Source: Phaeosaccion multiseriatum
Lineage: Eukaryota > Protista > Ochrophyta, other classes
Reading direction: 5' to 3'
Assembly (NCBI GenBank): GCA_965112735.1
Contig: OZ218950.1
Span: 4,774,001-4,838,000 of the forward strand
Length of the DNA: 64,000 bases
Every line of letters starts with the position of its first letter. Positions within the stretch are counted from its first letter, which is position 1. This document shows, in pieces, positions 1 to 12,355 of the stretch. The notes below the pieces were generated by a model, which was not told the origin of the DNA, did no database searches, and saw only the letters and a list, made by a program, of their open reading frames with translations. The position numbers and the translations under genes are program-made.

Positions 1-9
1 GGACGCGCG

Positions 10-70
<61 letters not shown>

Positions 71-278
71 TGTTGTGTCGTGTGTGTTGTGTCGTGTGTG
101 TGTGTGTGTGTGTGTGTGTGTTGTGTCGTGTGTGTGTGTGTTGTGTCGTGTGTAGAGTTGAGATCGTGTCGAGAGCGTGGGTGAGAGCGCGGCCTTGAGG
201 GGTAGGGGTAGCCCCTCTCGCCCAAAAGCCTGTGCTCCTTTGTTCACATTCATCTTCCCCACGACACGCACACTCCAG

Positions 279-927
279 GCCCGCCGCGAAGTGAAGCACA
301 AAGTGCAGATGTGCCCACTCTGCCCTCCTCCCGCCGCCCCTTGGCCATACACACCCGTACGCCGGTGTTTGCCCATATACCTGTGTTCTTACGCCCATAC
401 TCTCCCTCTCTTCCTTCACTCATGCCTCTACTCAGGAGGCATTGCGGCTGTGCCAGAAGGAGGAGAACGACCGCGTGGCCGACCGAAGGCGCTTGAACCT
501 CACGGGCAAGACTCTGCCTGGCGACGCCACGCAAGACGTTAAGGTATGGTACCAAGTATTAAGGCGGGGATGGGGGGCGGGAGGGGGAGAGGAGAGGAGG
601 AAGGGCAGCTGCGAGGAGAGGAAAGGAGGCGTGGCACATGTCCTGGTCCTCCCCCTGCTGCTGGTGTATCGCCAACTGCCAACTGTCGCCTCTGACCCTG
701 CCCTTGCTGCTCTGGTTGTTGTCGCCATCGCTGTCGTGTGGTGTGGTTGTTGTCGCTATCCGCTGTCGTTTGCTTGTCACAGGCCGGACCGAACAAGAAG
801 TTCTTCATGTTCGCCAGGGAGGTGAGGAAAAGAAGCAAAAAAGAGGGAGAGGGAAGGGAAGTGGGGGAGGAGGGAGGCGGGGAGAGAGAGGCAGAGGCAC
901 AGGTAAAGGCAGGGGGAGAGGGAGGAG

Positions 928-978
<51 letters not shown>

Positions 979-1397
979 CTCGCTCCTGACATTCCACACT
1001 CCCCCCCCACCGCCCCACTCACTCACTGCCTGTCCATCCCCCTCCCCCTCCCCCCGCCTCGCAGACAAAGGTCTTCCTGCCTCGAGCAGCAAAGAAAGGC
1101 GCACAGATGCTCAAGAGGCGTCAGCTGCTGCTGAACAAGATACAAAAGGGAAAGAGGAAGAGGCAGAAGACGCAGGCGGAGCAGGAGGAGCGGCAGGAGC
1201 GGGAGGAGAGGGAGAGGGAGAGGGAGAGGGGCAGGGGCAGGCATGCGGTGGCGTCAGCGTCCCTTGGGGCAGCTTCGTCAGCTTCGTCAGCTTCGTCAGC
1301 TTCGTCAGCTTCGTCAGCTTCGTCAGCTTCGTCAGCTTCGTCAGCTTCGTCAGCTTGCGGTGATGAGAGCAGCAAGAGGGCGCGGGTAGCCGAGTAG
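279..1397 (+). CDS. 3' exons of an unknown multi-exon protein with a basic/low-complexity tail (5' end uncertain, probably outside the window)
   Basis: In-frame GT-AG exons: EALRLCQKEENDRVADRRRLNLTGKTLPGDATQDVK (~437-543) | AGPNKKFFMFARE (~783-821) | TKVFLPRAAKKGAQMLKRRQLLLNK...VAE* (~1065-1397). No recognised domain. Confidence 0.5.
1270..1357 (+). repeat. 9-bp coding tandem repeat (TCAGCTTCG)n encoding (SAS)n
   Basis: Directly visible, about 9-10 units in the last exon. Confidence 0.9.
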
Positions 1398-2194
1398 GGG
1401 AGGGGAGAGGCTCACGGCAGCACTTTGGACGTCGCCATCCCATCTGACTTGACAAGGCGTATGGACGTTCATGGGCGGGGTCTGCTATGCCATGGAGGGC
1501 TTCACAGGGAGTGAGTGTACCGTATGCACACTGCTGCAAAGGGAGTGGGTGTATAGTGTACCGTATGCACACGGCTGCAAAGGGAGTGAGTGTATACCGT
1601 ATGCTGTGTATGTACTGTGTGTGTACTGTGTGCGTGCTGCAGGGGAGTGAAAGGGAGCTGGAGTTGACCGTCACGGGCAGCAAGCAAGAGCCCAAGGGAG
1701 GGAGAAGAGAAGAGAAGAGAAGCTGGCGGATACACAAAACAAACATCACTGGGGGCACCCCCCGGGGGGCACCCCACCTGGAAGTGGCTCTTTGCGCCAT
1801 TGGAAATTGGGGTTTGATATAAAAGATAAAGGCATCCCTTGCCTTGCCCCCCCCCCCCCCCTCGCTTTATTATATTTGATCCGAGCGGAAGGGAGCGGCG
1901 CAGGGCTGTGTGTGCACCTCTGTCGCACGTCTGCCGCTGATGTGTTTTCATGCAGAGCCGAATGATTACACTCTTCTTTCTGACCCTACGAAGGAACGCA
2001 CTCTTCTTTCAACGTCCAACGCACACACCGCATGCCCCCCCTTGGGAAGGGGGGGGGGGGATAATATATACATTCACTCATACACACAACAATGTATGTG
2101 TGGAGGAGGACATAACACACCAAAGTGTGTGTGGGGTGGCTCCTCGTCTCTCTCTGCTATAGAGGAGCTTTCTTCCCTCACTACTCCTTCCACT

Positions 2195-2243
<49 letters not shown>

Positions 2244-2450
2244 TACATCCTTCCCTTGGTCAGAGAAGAGCAGGAGAAGGAGAGAGCTTGCAGTCCTCTC
2301 CGTCAACTGCTCCCTCTGACGTCAGAGAGGAAGAGAGTCAACTCCTCCCTCTGACGTCAGAGAGGAAGAGAAGGGAGAGCATCCTTCCCCCCTCCCTCAC
2401 TCACTCCTTCCCTTGGTCAGAGAAGATATGAGGAGAGATTCCCCCGTGCC

Positions 2451-2776
2451 TCAGTCCTTCCATTGGTCCCACAGCTCCTCCAAGGTTTCGCTGATGACTT
2501 CCCTCGCCACCTCCGCTGTGAAGCGCTTCTGCTCATCTTCCTCAAGCATCCCGGACATGAGCTTCGTAAACAGAGGCCGCTCTTTGACAACAAAGTCCAT
2601 GCCATGCGCACGCGTGAACCACGTGCTGCTAATCGCTGTGGACATACAAGGCCATAGGCAATAGCGAGGGGAGGGGAGAGGTAGGGGCGAGAGGCACGGG
2701 GGGGGGGGGGGGAAGTAAGGCTAGTGAGCACCTCAGCGATGGTTGGCACTGGTTCAAGTCGTGTTGCATCATCATT

Positions 2777-2826
<50 letters not shown>

Positions 2827-2838
2827 ATCATCATCATC

Positions 2839-2900
<62 letters not shown>

Positions 2901-2929
2901 ATCATCATCATCATCATCATATCATCATC

Positions 2930-2986
<57 letters not shown>

Positions 2987-4478
2987 GTACGAGCAAGTGG
3001 AGCGCTATCATACCAGACCGACCCCCCCTCGAGTCTTTTTGCAAATAGCAACGCCTCCCCCCCCCCACACACACGATTGAATACACCAGCCTGCCCTTCC
3101 CTGCCCTGCTGCCCTGCTGCCCCCCCGGGTCTTACATGGCCCGCCCAGCAGCAGATAGAGTATCTTGCCAGTGGTCCACACGTCATCCCTCAGTCCATAA
3201 GGCTCGAGCCTATTCCGTGCGGGAGAGGTGTAATGCTGTGGGTCCCGTTTCTGTTGGGTTTGTTGGGTTAGATGGATGGATGGATGGGAAGATGGGGGGC
3301 CGGCAGAGCAAGAGCGAAATGGGAGCCGAAGGAAGTCTGTCAGTCAGTCAGTCAGTCAGTCGGTTCGTTAGTCAGTCAGGAAGTCAGCCAGTCAGTGAGT
3401 CAGCCATTGTACAAGGTAGTTTCGTAAGATGGGAACACCAGCAGTCAAGGTAAGCAGCAGGTCCACCACAGTGGTTCTGTGTGGTTGTGGCGCCGGTGGC
3501 CTTCCGTCCTCCCTCAACTCGCTCCTCGACTTTCAACTTCGCTGACCCAAAACTCCCACTTCCATTCCCTCTCTCCTCTTTCGACTTCCACTCTTTCTCT
3601 CCTCTTCCAATCTCCGAGGCCGGGATACCGCCGCCCGATCCATAGTTCGATCCATCGTTCGATCCTTCGTTCTGGAACCCTTCGCACCTGCCCTTGGGCA
3701 CCTTACCAACAGCGGCCGCTGCCCGAGCTGCTTGCCCTTCCCTGCCCATGCAATCCCCCGGTGGGTCTATAACAATCCCCTGCCCACTCGACTTGACTCG
3801 ACGTGATTCGACCCAAGCGTTGCTCGCTCGCTCTCCTCTCCTCCACTGCCACTCCACCCACTCACATCAGCCTGGAATAACTCCTTGCCCTCCGGCAGTC
3901 TTCTACAGTCGCCAAAGTCGATAACTTTGATGTGTGTCCTTCGGCCCGACACGAGTATGTTCTGCCAGTGAAGATCTCGATGTGCTATCCGCAGGCTGTG
4001 CATGTAGGCGACGGCATCCATGAGCTGGGACATCCAGTGCAACACGGCTTCATCTGGGTACTGAAAGTGGCGGTGCCTTGCCTCGTCGTGCAGGTCCTTG
4101 ACGGTTTCGCCACTGATGTACTCTGACTCTGTCCACAGCTTGCCGCGATATACAAAGGACTTGTACTAATTATTTGTGCGCACAACGGAGAGAGGGAGAG
4201 AGGCGGCGAACAAACAGCAAGGCGGAGTACATAGATGTGTAAATCGATCAAGGTACCAAGGTGCTCACACCGGTAGAGGCAGGAGCCGAGGCGAGGGGGG
4301 AGCGTCATGTGGAACAGAGCCAATCGTAGGAGGCAGGGGGGGGGGGGGGTGCGTACGTGTCTGGGGGCGATTGAGACGCGGCCAGGCAACAAGTGGGGGT
4401 CTTGTGCGTCTTGTGATGTTGGCACCCGTCGCAGTGCTACGCAGCTCGCTCTTGTTGTCGGCTCACCAATTTGGGCTG

Positions 4479-4525
<47 letters not shown>

Positions 4526-5527
4526 GTCTGTCTGTCTCTCACCTGCTTGACGATGTTGTTGTGGTTAAATAATGCAGCCAATATTGTCGCGCTTTTTAGG
4601 CTCTGACGGATACAAGAGGACAGAGCATGATGCAGTGAACGGTCGTAAGTGAGGGAAGTAACGGACTGGAGTCAAGTAAGAAGCGACAACAGCGGAGCAA
4701 CGGTGGACAAAAGACTGCATAGTGTAGCGCAAACTCAAACCACCCTCCCTACCTCTGTCGCGGATTTTTTCGTGTTCTCGACACGCAGAGCCACGCGAGA
4801 AACCACGGGGAAGCTTGTATGTTGGCCAGTGAAAGAAGGGAGGGGGGGGGGGACAAAAGAGGAGGGCGCTAGGGCGCTAAGAGGGCAGCCGAGAGATATC
4901 GAACGGGGAATCAAGGGTGGAAGGAGCTGCTATGCGCGACGCGTGGCCAAGAGAAAGTCGAAGGATTGACATGAAGGGTTACCTGACGGGCCCCTCCTTC
5001 GCCTTCACGTCGATGATATCTGTTCTCTCCACCTCGTAGGTCCGTCCCTCCTGGCCAGCCCCAATGAACCGCACCACCGCGTATCCGGGGGGTAGTTGGT
5101 GAGGACTATCGTCGCTGGAGCTACTATCGCTATCCTCTTCTTCTTCGTGCTTCCCTGCCGGCGGCGGTGTCACACTTTTTGCTGGAGCATGATGTGACCA
5201 AACCTTTTGCTTTGACGGGGTGTGAGGGGGTTCCCGTGGACCCCCTTCGTCTTTGTTGTCTCCCTCGGCCCGCCCTTCTTGATTATACTCTACACCTTCC
5301 ATACCAGCATCACCTGCAGGGGAAGAAGAGGGGAAGGGGGTGGGTCAGAGCGTCGAAAAGGGAGACAGGGGGTTGGGGTCAAATTAACGCGGGGTGGCCA
5401 AACCTTACTCACCCTCCATGAGAAGCACGAGGGTGGTCAGGAGAGTCGAGCCAATCACGCAGATGAAGATCAGCAGAGGCAGGCTTCCCCGAGCCCACGG
5501 AGGCAGCGCGATACGATTTGCCCCCAT
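2451..5527 (-). CDS. Divergent protein kinase or pseudokinase with an N-terminal transmembrane anchor (multi-exon)
   Basis: Spliced reading: MGANRIALPPWARGSLPLLIFICVIGSTLLTTLVLLME | ...YAVVRFIGAGQEGRTYEV | SRVALRVE | SATILAALFNHNNIVKQ | YKSFVYRGKLWTESEYISGETV...YMHSLRIAHRDLHWQNIL...IKVIDFG | HYTSPAR...DDVWTT | PTIAEVL ... KRFTAEVAREVI...WKD*. Kinase subdomains I-XI occur in order. The last junction (~2640-2720) is unresolved. Confidence 0.8.
2768..2985. repeat. (CAT)n microsatellite in an intron
   Basis: Directly visible. Confidence 0.95.
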
Positions 5528-5723
5528 GGCTGCCCTCTCAACAGTCCAGAGAGGGGGTGTGTGTGGCAAAATTCGACGAATAGTATGTCAGTGATTTCTT
5601 GACATAAAATCACGTTACAGATTCTGTTACGGGGAATGATGACAGGATAGATGGCACTTAAAGGTGTAACAATAACTACCCCTCCTCTTTCCCCCCTCTC
5701 TCTCTTCTCTCAGTTGATGATCG

Positions 5724-8427
5724 ATGGAGAATGGAGAAGTACGAACGAGCAACGGACGTCGACGGACGTGGAAACCACTGGATAGCGCTCCACGCTTCAG
5801 GGAGCGTTTGAGAAAAAGAGTGCGACAGGAACGAAGAGACAGTTTGGAAGGGCAAGTGAACGGCCGAGTGAATGGCCTGGAGCGCACGCCCCCGCCGTAC
5901 AAGCTAGGTGATGTACTCAAGGCCATTCACGTTATACGCGAGGTTAGCTCCATCGAGGGAGGTGAAGAGAAGGGGGAGGTGCGACAGGGAACCAGTACGC
6001 TCCACAGGAGTAGGGGTCAAGGTGCGGGTGGGCGAGAGCAGCAGAGAGTAGCAGCTGCTGAATCGAATGCCCCCGCCTTTGGGGATGGCGTAGAGCTAAG
6101 AGGCGCCTTCGAGGCACCGCAGCGGCCGCCAGTGCGCAAAGCAGGAGGAAAAGGACGTACCGCAGCGGGCAATCGGGCCGCTGGGAGGGGAAAGGGGGGA
6201 GCGCTTCTCGACCGCCCACAGCCAGCACAAACACGTAACACCCACACACATATATCGGTAGGCGGAGAAGCGGGGAAGCTCTCCCATTGGACGACTCCGA
6301 CACCGCCTTCTTCACGGCCGCAGACGCAGCAGCAGACGCAGCAGCAGCAAAGTACCTTAGGCCACCTCCAGGGCAGCACTTCGACAACAAAGAGTCCAGC
6401 GGTCGTTGCGAGGGAATATGCAGCTCAGCATGCGGAGAGACTCAGGCTGCACAAGGAGAAGAGGTGAGTGGAGATGTTAGAGGGGAGGCGCGACACCGCT
6501 TGCATGCTCGAAGCGAGTCAAAACCCGTCCTAGACTACATAGCCCGCTTTTGCTGCTCGTTCAATAGCCACCTCTTCTGATTTCTCGCCAGCTGTTCTCC
6601 GTACTCGACTTGCTTGAGGATGGGAGTCTTCCTTTCCCTTTCCCCCCGACCATATCGGTACTGGTTCCATGACCGTCGAAGGTGGAGAAGGTTGTGGATT
6701 CTGTTGTTCACCCTCTTGTTATCACCCTCGCGTGAACGCTATACTTCGTGTGCCGCTTTGCCGGGGCAGAGTCGGGAGAGAAGTGGTATCTGCACTGGTT
6801 GCAATCATGAGCATAACGCGGCTACAACGCAGACTGAGGGCGAGGCGGAAACGCAGGATGAAACAACACATTGAGCAGGTAAAGTCAAATGGCACAGTGC
6901 ATGGTATGTGGAGTCAGTAACTCGGTGGGCGGATCAGGCGAGGAGGGGGGGGGGGGGGGGGGTTAAAAGGTAGAGTTACCACGGGAGAAGGGGAGGGAGG
7001 AGGTTCGCCATGAGCAGATAAAAGTAAAGTAAAGCTGTTGCAGCACGAAGAGGGAAAGAGGAAGGCGTCGACCGCCTTCACCGCCCCCCCCGTGATCACC
7101 CCTCAGAGGCTCACCGCGTTCTTCGGTCGTGGTGTGTGTGTGTCGATTGTGCAGGAGCGTGTGAGGAGGTTCGAGCTCCGCGTGGTACGTTACAGCCTCA
7201 AGGCGGTGGAAGAGACGCTGTGGAGAGAGGTGGACCGCAGGCACAGGCAAAGGACAGACATGAAGGCCGCTAGGAAGAAGGGCGCTCGAATGTTTCAGGT
7301 GAAGGAGGAACAAGGAGTTTGCTTCGCGCCTCCGGTCTCACAAGAGGTTTAACCATTGGAGCAGCCTTGGGTTTGACTCATTCTTGAGGATTGACATCTG
7401 CAGACAGAGCTGCCTGCTGTGTGCTGTGGTCTTGGAAGGCTTCTTACTCGATGAGAGTATGCACTTCTTCGGAGTGCCATGCCACGAACGGAGCAAAACA
7501 CGCCTTGTTTACTCCCTCACCTTGCTTACCCCTCTTTGCCAAACACTGTGCTCACTGGCTCATCACTGTGCTCACTAGCTCACCACTGTACTCACTGGCT
7601 CACCCGTCTCGCTTATCTCGCCGTCTGCCTGCCTGTCTTGGGACCATCCGTCTGCCTGCCTGTCTTGGGACCATCCGGCTGCCTGCCTGTCTTGGGACCA
7701 TCCGTCTGCCTGCCTGTCTTGGACCATCCCATCGCAGCGCGCTTGGCACTGCTTTGTGGTGCGCAAGAGGATTCCCACCATGGTAGTGGACATTCGGGCC
7801 GAGCTCAAGGAGACAGTGGTAAGGGGAGAAGTGGGTCACAGTGGTAAGGGGAGAAGTGGGTCACTGGGGAGAGGGGAGAAGTGGGTCACTGGGGAGAGGG
7901 GGGGGGGGCCTCCTCACTCAACATGCCTGCACCATTGCGAGGGAGTGGGGCGCCCACGATGAACCAACGTCCAGCCGCCTTGTTGGGTGGTCATGCTCGG
8001 GCCTTAAACTGCACCATGTGGTGATACGCCACCCCCCCCCCCCCTTGCCCGACTCCCTGTAATTCCCCCCGATCAGGCGCGTCGCCGAGCAAGGGAAAAC
8101 AAGTGGAAAGCCTCCATGCTGCTCCGCCTGCGAGCGGAGCAAAGGGAGCTCAGGAAAGTCGAGAGACGATTCCTCCAACGTACGCCCAGCGAGCTGCTGA
8201 ACGAGCGAGTGAGAGAGATCATGGCCAAGGACGCTGTTACTCGGGCCGAGCAGCCCCTGGAGGAGGCGTTACAGAAGAGCCTCAAGGCCAAGGCGCGAGA
8301 GGCGGAGAGCCCGGTCTTGGCTCAGTTACGCTTGATGCTTGAGGGCCCCGCTGCTTCTCCTTACCCGTCTCGTCGCCCGAGGATGGCGGGGCTTCTCTCT
8401 GAGGGAGGAGAGAAGCAGCAGCAGTAG
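5724..8427 (+). CDS. Multi-exon basic coiled-coil protein with an IQ-like motif, function unknown
   Basis: Coding-like blocks at 5724-5942, ~6660-6878 (ITRLQRRLRARRKRR, IQ-like), ~7040-7300, ~7750-7818 and ~8077-8427 (RAEQRELRKVERRFLQR...QQQ*), separated by GT..AG stretches. Exon structure is uncertain. Confidence 0.5.
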
Positions 8428-8968
8428 CTGTCGGTCTACCCAGGGAGGTCACAGCAAGGTACCAGAGGAGCTGGTTTTGGGTTTGAGTTTGTGGCTTTTT
8501 GAGGATTTATTACACCTTGATCTCCATCGGCCGAGGGGTCGAATGCTCGCAATGGCCACCACGTGCCCTTTCAAGAAGCACACATGCGTGTATATGCCGT
8601 ACCGTTTCCGTACTAGTAAAAGTACTTATGAGGAGAAGTTTGAAGGTGCGTTTAGCCCTTTGCCGCCCCTGGTCGAGGTCGAATGCTCGCAGGGGCCCAC
8701 TTTCAAGATCGACCCCTGACGTGCAATCCGCTATCTGCTGTCGCCGGCGCAGCCGGCGTGCTATCGTCGATCAAGAAGCACATGGGCCGTGTACTCCAAT
8801 TGGCGTATTTTTGGATTACCAACTTTCCCCCAAGCCAACGATCAACCGCTCTCTCGGGTGTATCATTCACTCTCTCATCATACCCTTCTCCTCCACATCC
8901 CCCCGTCCCCCTTCCTATTCACGCCTTTGGGAAACGCTTGTGTGCTTCCTATGGAGGCATAAGAGTAA

Positions 8969-11644
8969 ATGTTTTCAGTCGATGCCCTGCTCAATGAGAT
9001 TGAGCGCGTCGAGAGGGAGCCTACCCTCGACAACAAGAAACATAGCAATGAGGACCTCCTCCTCCACCACAACCACCACCAGAAGGAGCACGAAACGTCC
9101 CCTCCAACGAACGTCTCATCCGGAGGCAACCGAACTCCGACTCTGCTGCTGCTGGATGCAAGTCTTGCAAGTCTGCACGCAGGACGCAAACGCTGGTCCA
9201 GCGTCAAGCGAGGCAGGGAGGAGCTCCAGCAGCAGGAGGAGCAGCAAGCCGAGCTGCGTGAGAAGAAGCACAAGGAGGATGTTATCAGGCAGAGGAAGGC
9301 CGAGCACCTGGAGAAGGGCAGGGCAGAGCTGCGAAGACGGCTGCACGTGCAGAGGTGGAAGCAGGAGCAGCACGAGCACGAACAGGAGCGAGCGAGGGAG
9401 AGGGAGGAAGACCCGCTTACGTCCCCTCCATTGCCGGATACGTCCACGAAGAGAGCAGTGGCGCAGCGCCAGTGGCGAGAGAAGACAGCAGTCTCAGCAG
9501 CAGCAGGAGGAGGAACAGCAGAACAAGAGGGAGGAAGTGAAGGGGCGGAAGCGGGGGCCTCGGCAGCAGCAGGTGCGGCGGCAGCGGCCATGGCAGCTTT
9601 GGGGGCAGCGTCTCACGGCTACGACGGGGGAGATGGCAGCGTGTACGGCCGCTCTCTCCGACCCATCCTCTTGGGCCGCGATGAGGAGAGTGAAAAGAGA
9701 GCACAGGAAGAGTACGACTACGGAAACATTGTTTTCGAGCTACCTGCGGCGGCGGCGGCAGCAGCAGCGGCAGGGGCAGCAGCGGCAGCCGCAAAGCGAC
9801 CGCCCAAACTGGTGGCAGCCATGAGGGCGAACAGCTTTGGCGAGGGATACACAGTCATAGGCAAGGACACGACGCTGGTGGGTCAAGAAGGGCTCGACTC
9901 TTCGTCTTTCCTTGCAACTATTGCCGACTATCGCAAAAAGGAGGAGGAGGAGGAGGAGGAGGAGGAGGAGAAGGAGAAGGAGAGGGAGCGGGGGGGCAAA
10001 GAAGGAGGAGAAGCACCGAAGGGGGTGGGGGGCAGGGACCAAGGAATGCTACTGCCTTCTCCTATACACAGCAGGAAGAGGGGGAGGGGGGAAGGAAGGA
10101 AAGGGGGAGGAGGAAAGCGATCGCCGCCGCTTCCCCAAATGTTTTCGGATAGCACCAAGGCGATGATTGGGGTGGGGGTTGGGACCGGTCGAGGGGCAGC
10201 GGTGCTCATTCCTCCGACGAGAGCCCATGAAGACGTCATCGCCACCAAAGCGTTACAGGACTTTAACAATGAGTTGACGAGGTGGCTTAGCCGGGGATGG
10301 TCCGACATCCAGGTGGAGCAAGCGAGACTTGACTTTGCGCAGCATTTGACGGAAAAGTACCTCTGCGCTCAGCTGGACACGCTCTCTGCCTCGCGGGTCG
10401 TATCCAACACTCGTCGAGAGGTGGTGAGGAGGATTGAACAAGTCGCCCGAGGGGGCTCTGAAGCGGTGCGGGCGGTGCGGCGGGTGAGGAAGGATGGCAA
10501 GAAGGAGGCGGACAGGGAGGAGGAGAAGTTTCAGCGCCTGCAGCACAAGCAGGCTCTCTATGCAGATGGGTACGGGGCAGAAGACTACCTGGAAGAGTAC
10601 GACGACGTGGCGCGCCACGACGCATTGGAGAGAGACGGCTGTGGCAGTGGCAGTAGTAGCAGCAGCAGTGGCGGTAGTGGCGACGGAGGAGGCGATGGAG
10701 GGGGCCGGGAGGGCTCCTTTCCCTCCGAGTTGACGGAGCTCGGCAACTTCGAGCCGGGCATGTTTCAGGCTCTTTCTGCCGGCGCGCGGGGGGGGACGGA
10801 GGAGGAGAAGCTCTTTGCGCACAACCGGAGAGGGCTGCAGGGTAAGGGGAGATTCGTGGCCCCAGCGGTGGCGGTGCCAGCACCAGGGAAGGAAGGTGGA
10901 GGGAACAGCAGCGCCAGGAGCCCCGTCACAAGGACGGTTTCATTTTGCGTGCCGCTCTCTCCCTCAGAGTTCTCGCCGGGAGAGGTGCGGCCAGCGGTGG
11001 TGCCCAACAAGCAGCGGCAGTTTGAGCAGCTACAGGAGGCCATGGAGCAAGACCAACTAGACAAAAAGACGGCTGCCCTAGCCGCGGAACGGGCAGAAGC
11101 GGAGGCGGCCGCCGCCCTGGCCGCGAGGAGGGGCGAGACTTACGCGTGGAAGTGCCGGCTGTGCGGCAAGCGCAATGGCGGGGAGCGTGTGGAGTGTCAG
11201 GTGTGCGCAAGGTCGAAGCACTTTGCTCCTCAGCCAAGGGCCGCCCTGAGGCCTATGCCTCTCCAGAAGAAGCTGCAGCTCAACGAGCCCGGGCTGGCGG
11301 GGGTGTTCTTAGCGGCGGCCTCGCAGGCGAATACAGACTCGCGGACCGTCATCGTGCAGCAGCAGCAGCAGCAGCAGCAGCAGGAAAAGAAGAAGAAGGG
11401 CATAGTGGCACTGGTGCCCGGGAACAGCAGCATCAGCGGCAAGACGGAGCAGCAGCGGCTTCAGAAGGACAAGCAGCAGAAGAAGGGGCAGCAAGGCAAG
11501 CAGCAGCCGTACGACTTTGGCCGCTTCGCAGTCATGAAGCGAAAGACAGACAAAGACGCGAAGGAGAGGAAGGCTCTAACAGGGGACATTCAAGGCTTGC
11601 TCAAGGCCCTCAGGAGTGGAGACGACCTCAGCCTGTTAAAATAG
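8969..11644 (+). CDS. 891-aa single-exon low-complexity/coiled-coil protein with one RanBP2-type zinc finger
   Basis: Uninterrupted ORF. WKCRLCGKRNGGERVECQVC (~11147-11206) fits W-x-C-x2-C-x3-N-x6-C-x2-C. Confidence 0.8.
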   Translation: MFSVDALLNEIERVEREPTLDNKKHSNEDLLLHHNHHQKEHETSPPTNVSSGGNRTPTLLLLDASLASLHAGRKRWSSVKRGREELQQQEEQQAELREKKHKEDVIRQRKAEHLEKGRAELRRRLHVQRWKQEQHEHEQERAREREEDPLTSPPLPDTSTKRAVAQRQWREKTAVSAAAGGGTAEQEGGSEGAEAGASAAAGAAAAAMAALGAASHGYDGGDGSVYGRSLRPILLGRDEESEKRAQEEYDYGNIVFELPAAAAAAAAAGAAAAAAKRPPKLVAAMRANSFGEGYTVIGKDTTLVGQEGLDSSSFLATIADYRKKEEEEEEEEEEKEKERERGGKEGGEAPKGVGGRDQGMLLPSPIHSRKRGRGEGRKGGGGKRSPPLPQMFSDSTKAMIGVGVGTGRGAAVLIPPTRAHEDVIATKALQDFNNELTRWLSRGWSDIQVEQARLDFAQHLTEKYLCAQLDTLSASRVVSNTRREVVRRIEQVARGGSEAVRAVRRVRKDGKKEADREEEKFQRLQHKQALYADGYGAEDYLEEYDDVARHDALERDGCGSGSSSSSSGGSGDGGGDGGGREGSFPSELTELGNFEPGMFQALSAGARGGTEEEKLFAHNRRGLQGKGRFVAPAVAVPAPGKEGGGNSSARSPVTRTVSFCVPLSPSEFSPGEVRPAVVPNKQRQFEQLQEAMEQDQLDKKTAALAAERAEAEAAAALAARRGETYAWKCRLCGKRNGGERVECQVCARSKHFAPQPRAALRPMPLQKKLQLNEPGLAGVFLAAASQANTDSRTVIVQQQQQQQQQEKKKKGIVALVPGNSSISGKTEQQRLQKDKQQKKGQQGKQQPYDFGRFAVMKRKTDKDAKERKALTGDIQGLLKALRSGDDLSLLK

Positions 11645-11738
11645 AAAGAGATTTAGCCAGTTCAAATGCTTTAAAATAGAAAGAGATTTAGCCAGTTCAA
11701 ATGCTTTAAAATAGAAAGAGATTTAGCCAGTTCAAATG
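11636..11738 (+). repeat. 35-bp tandem repeat x3 overlapping the stop codon of the 891-aa ORF
   Basis: Unit TTAAAATAGAAAGAGATTTAGCCAGTTCAAATGCT; the first copy contains the TAG at 11642-11644. Confidence 0.95.
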
Positions 11739-11769
11739 GTTCGAAATACTAAGTAGACCATAGCCGGTC

Positions 11770-11933
11770 CGTGGAAAGGCGCGTGATTTGCTGAAGGAGA
11801 TGCGGAGGGAAGGCCTTGAACCCAATGAAATGTCATACAGATGTGCGATGAGTGCTGTGTGACAAGGCAGGGGAGCAGGAGAAGGCTCATGACGTGGTGG
11901 AGGAGAGGAGGACGGAAGGCCCTCATCCTTGAC
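11770..11933 (+). pseudogene. Pentatricopeptide-repeat (PPR) gene relic, left part
   Basis: Hand translation: KARDLLKEMRREGLEPNEMSYRCAMSA-[+1 frameshift]-CDKAGEQEKAHDVVEERRTEG, matching the PPR consensus LLxEMxxxGLxPNxxSYxxAIxAC. Confidence 0.75.
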
Positions 11934-11937
11934 GCAG

Positions 11938-12294
11938 CTTGTTAGAAGTCGAGCTTTTCCTAGATTGATACCTACCCTCTGACTTCAGACCGGGAGGTAT
12001 CAGGTTAGCAAAAGCTCGACTTCTAACAAGACCGTTGCTAGAAGGCGAACGCCCCCCCCCACCGCACATGGTGAAGAGAAGTAACTCGCAGTCTGAAACA
12101 GCCATGGGAGCCTCTTTTTTCAGTGTCAGTTTTCGCCGAAAAGCCCACTTTTTTTTTCAAGCCAGCACTAGAAGTCGAGCTTTTGCTAAACTGATACCTA
12201 CCCTCTGAATAGTGGAGGGGGCCGAGGAGTGGCAGTGAATGCGGTGACAACTGGCCTGGACCATCAGCAGCCGCAGGAGTTGGCGGTGAACGCG

Positions 12295-12355
<61 letters not shown>

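Noticed and set aside
8499-9824. 441-aa overlapping ORF and antisense ORFs over the 891-aa gene
   Set aside because: Alternate-frame shadows of GC-rich coding sequence with no recognisable motifs.
11938-12041. Helitron 3' end (hairpin followed by CTAG)
   Set aside because: The hairpin is far longer than typical, CTAG is followed by A rather than T, and no Rep/helicase sequence is seen.
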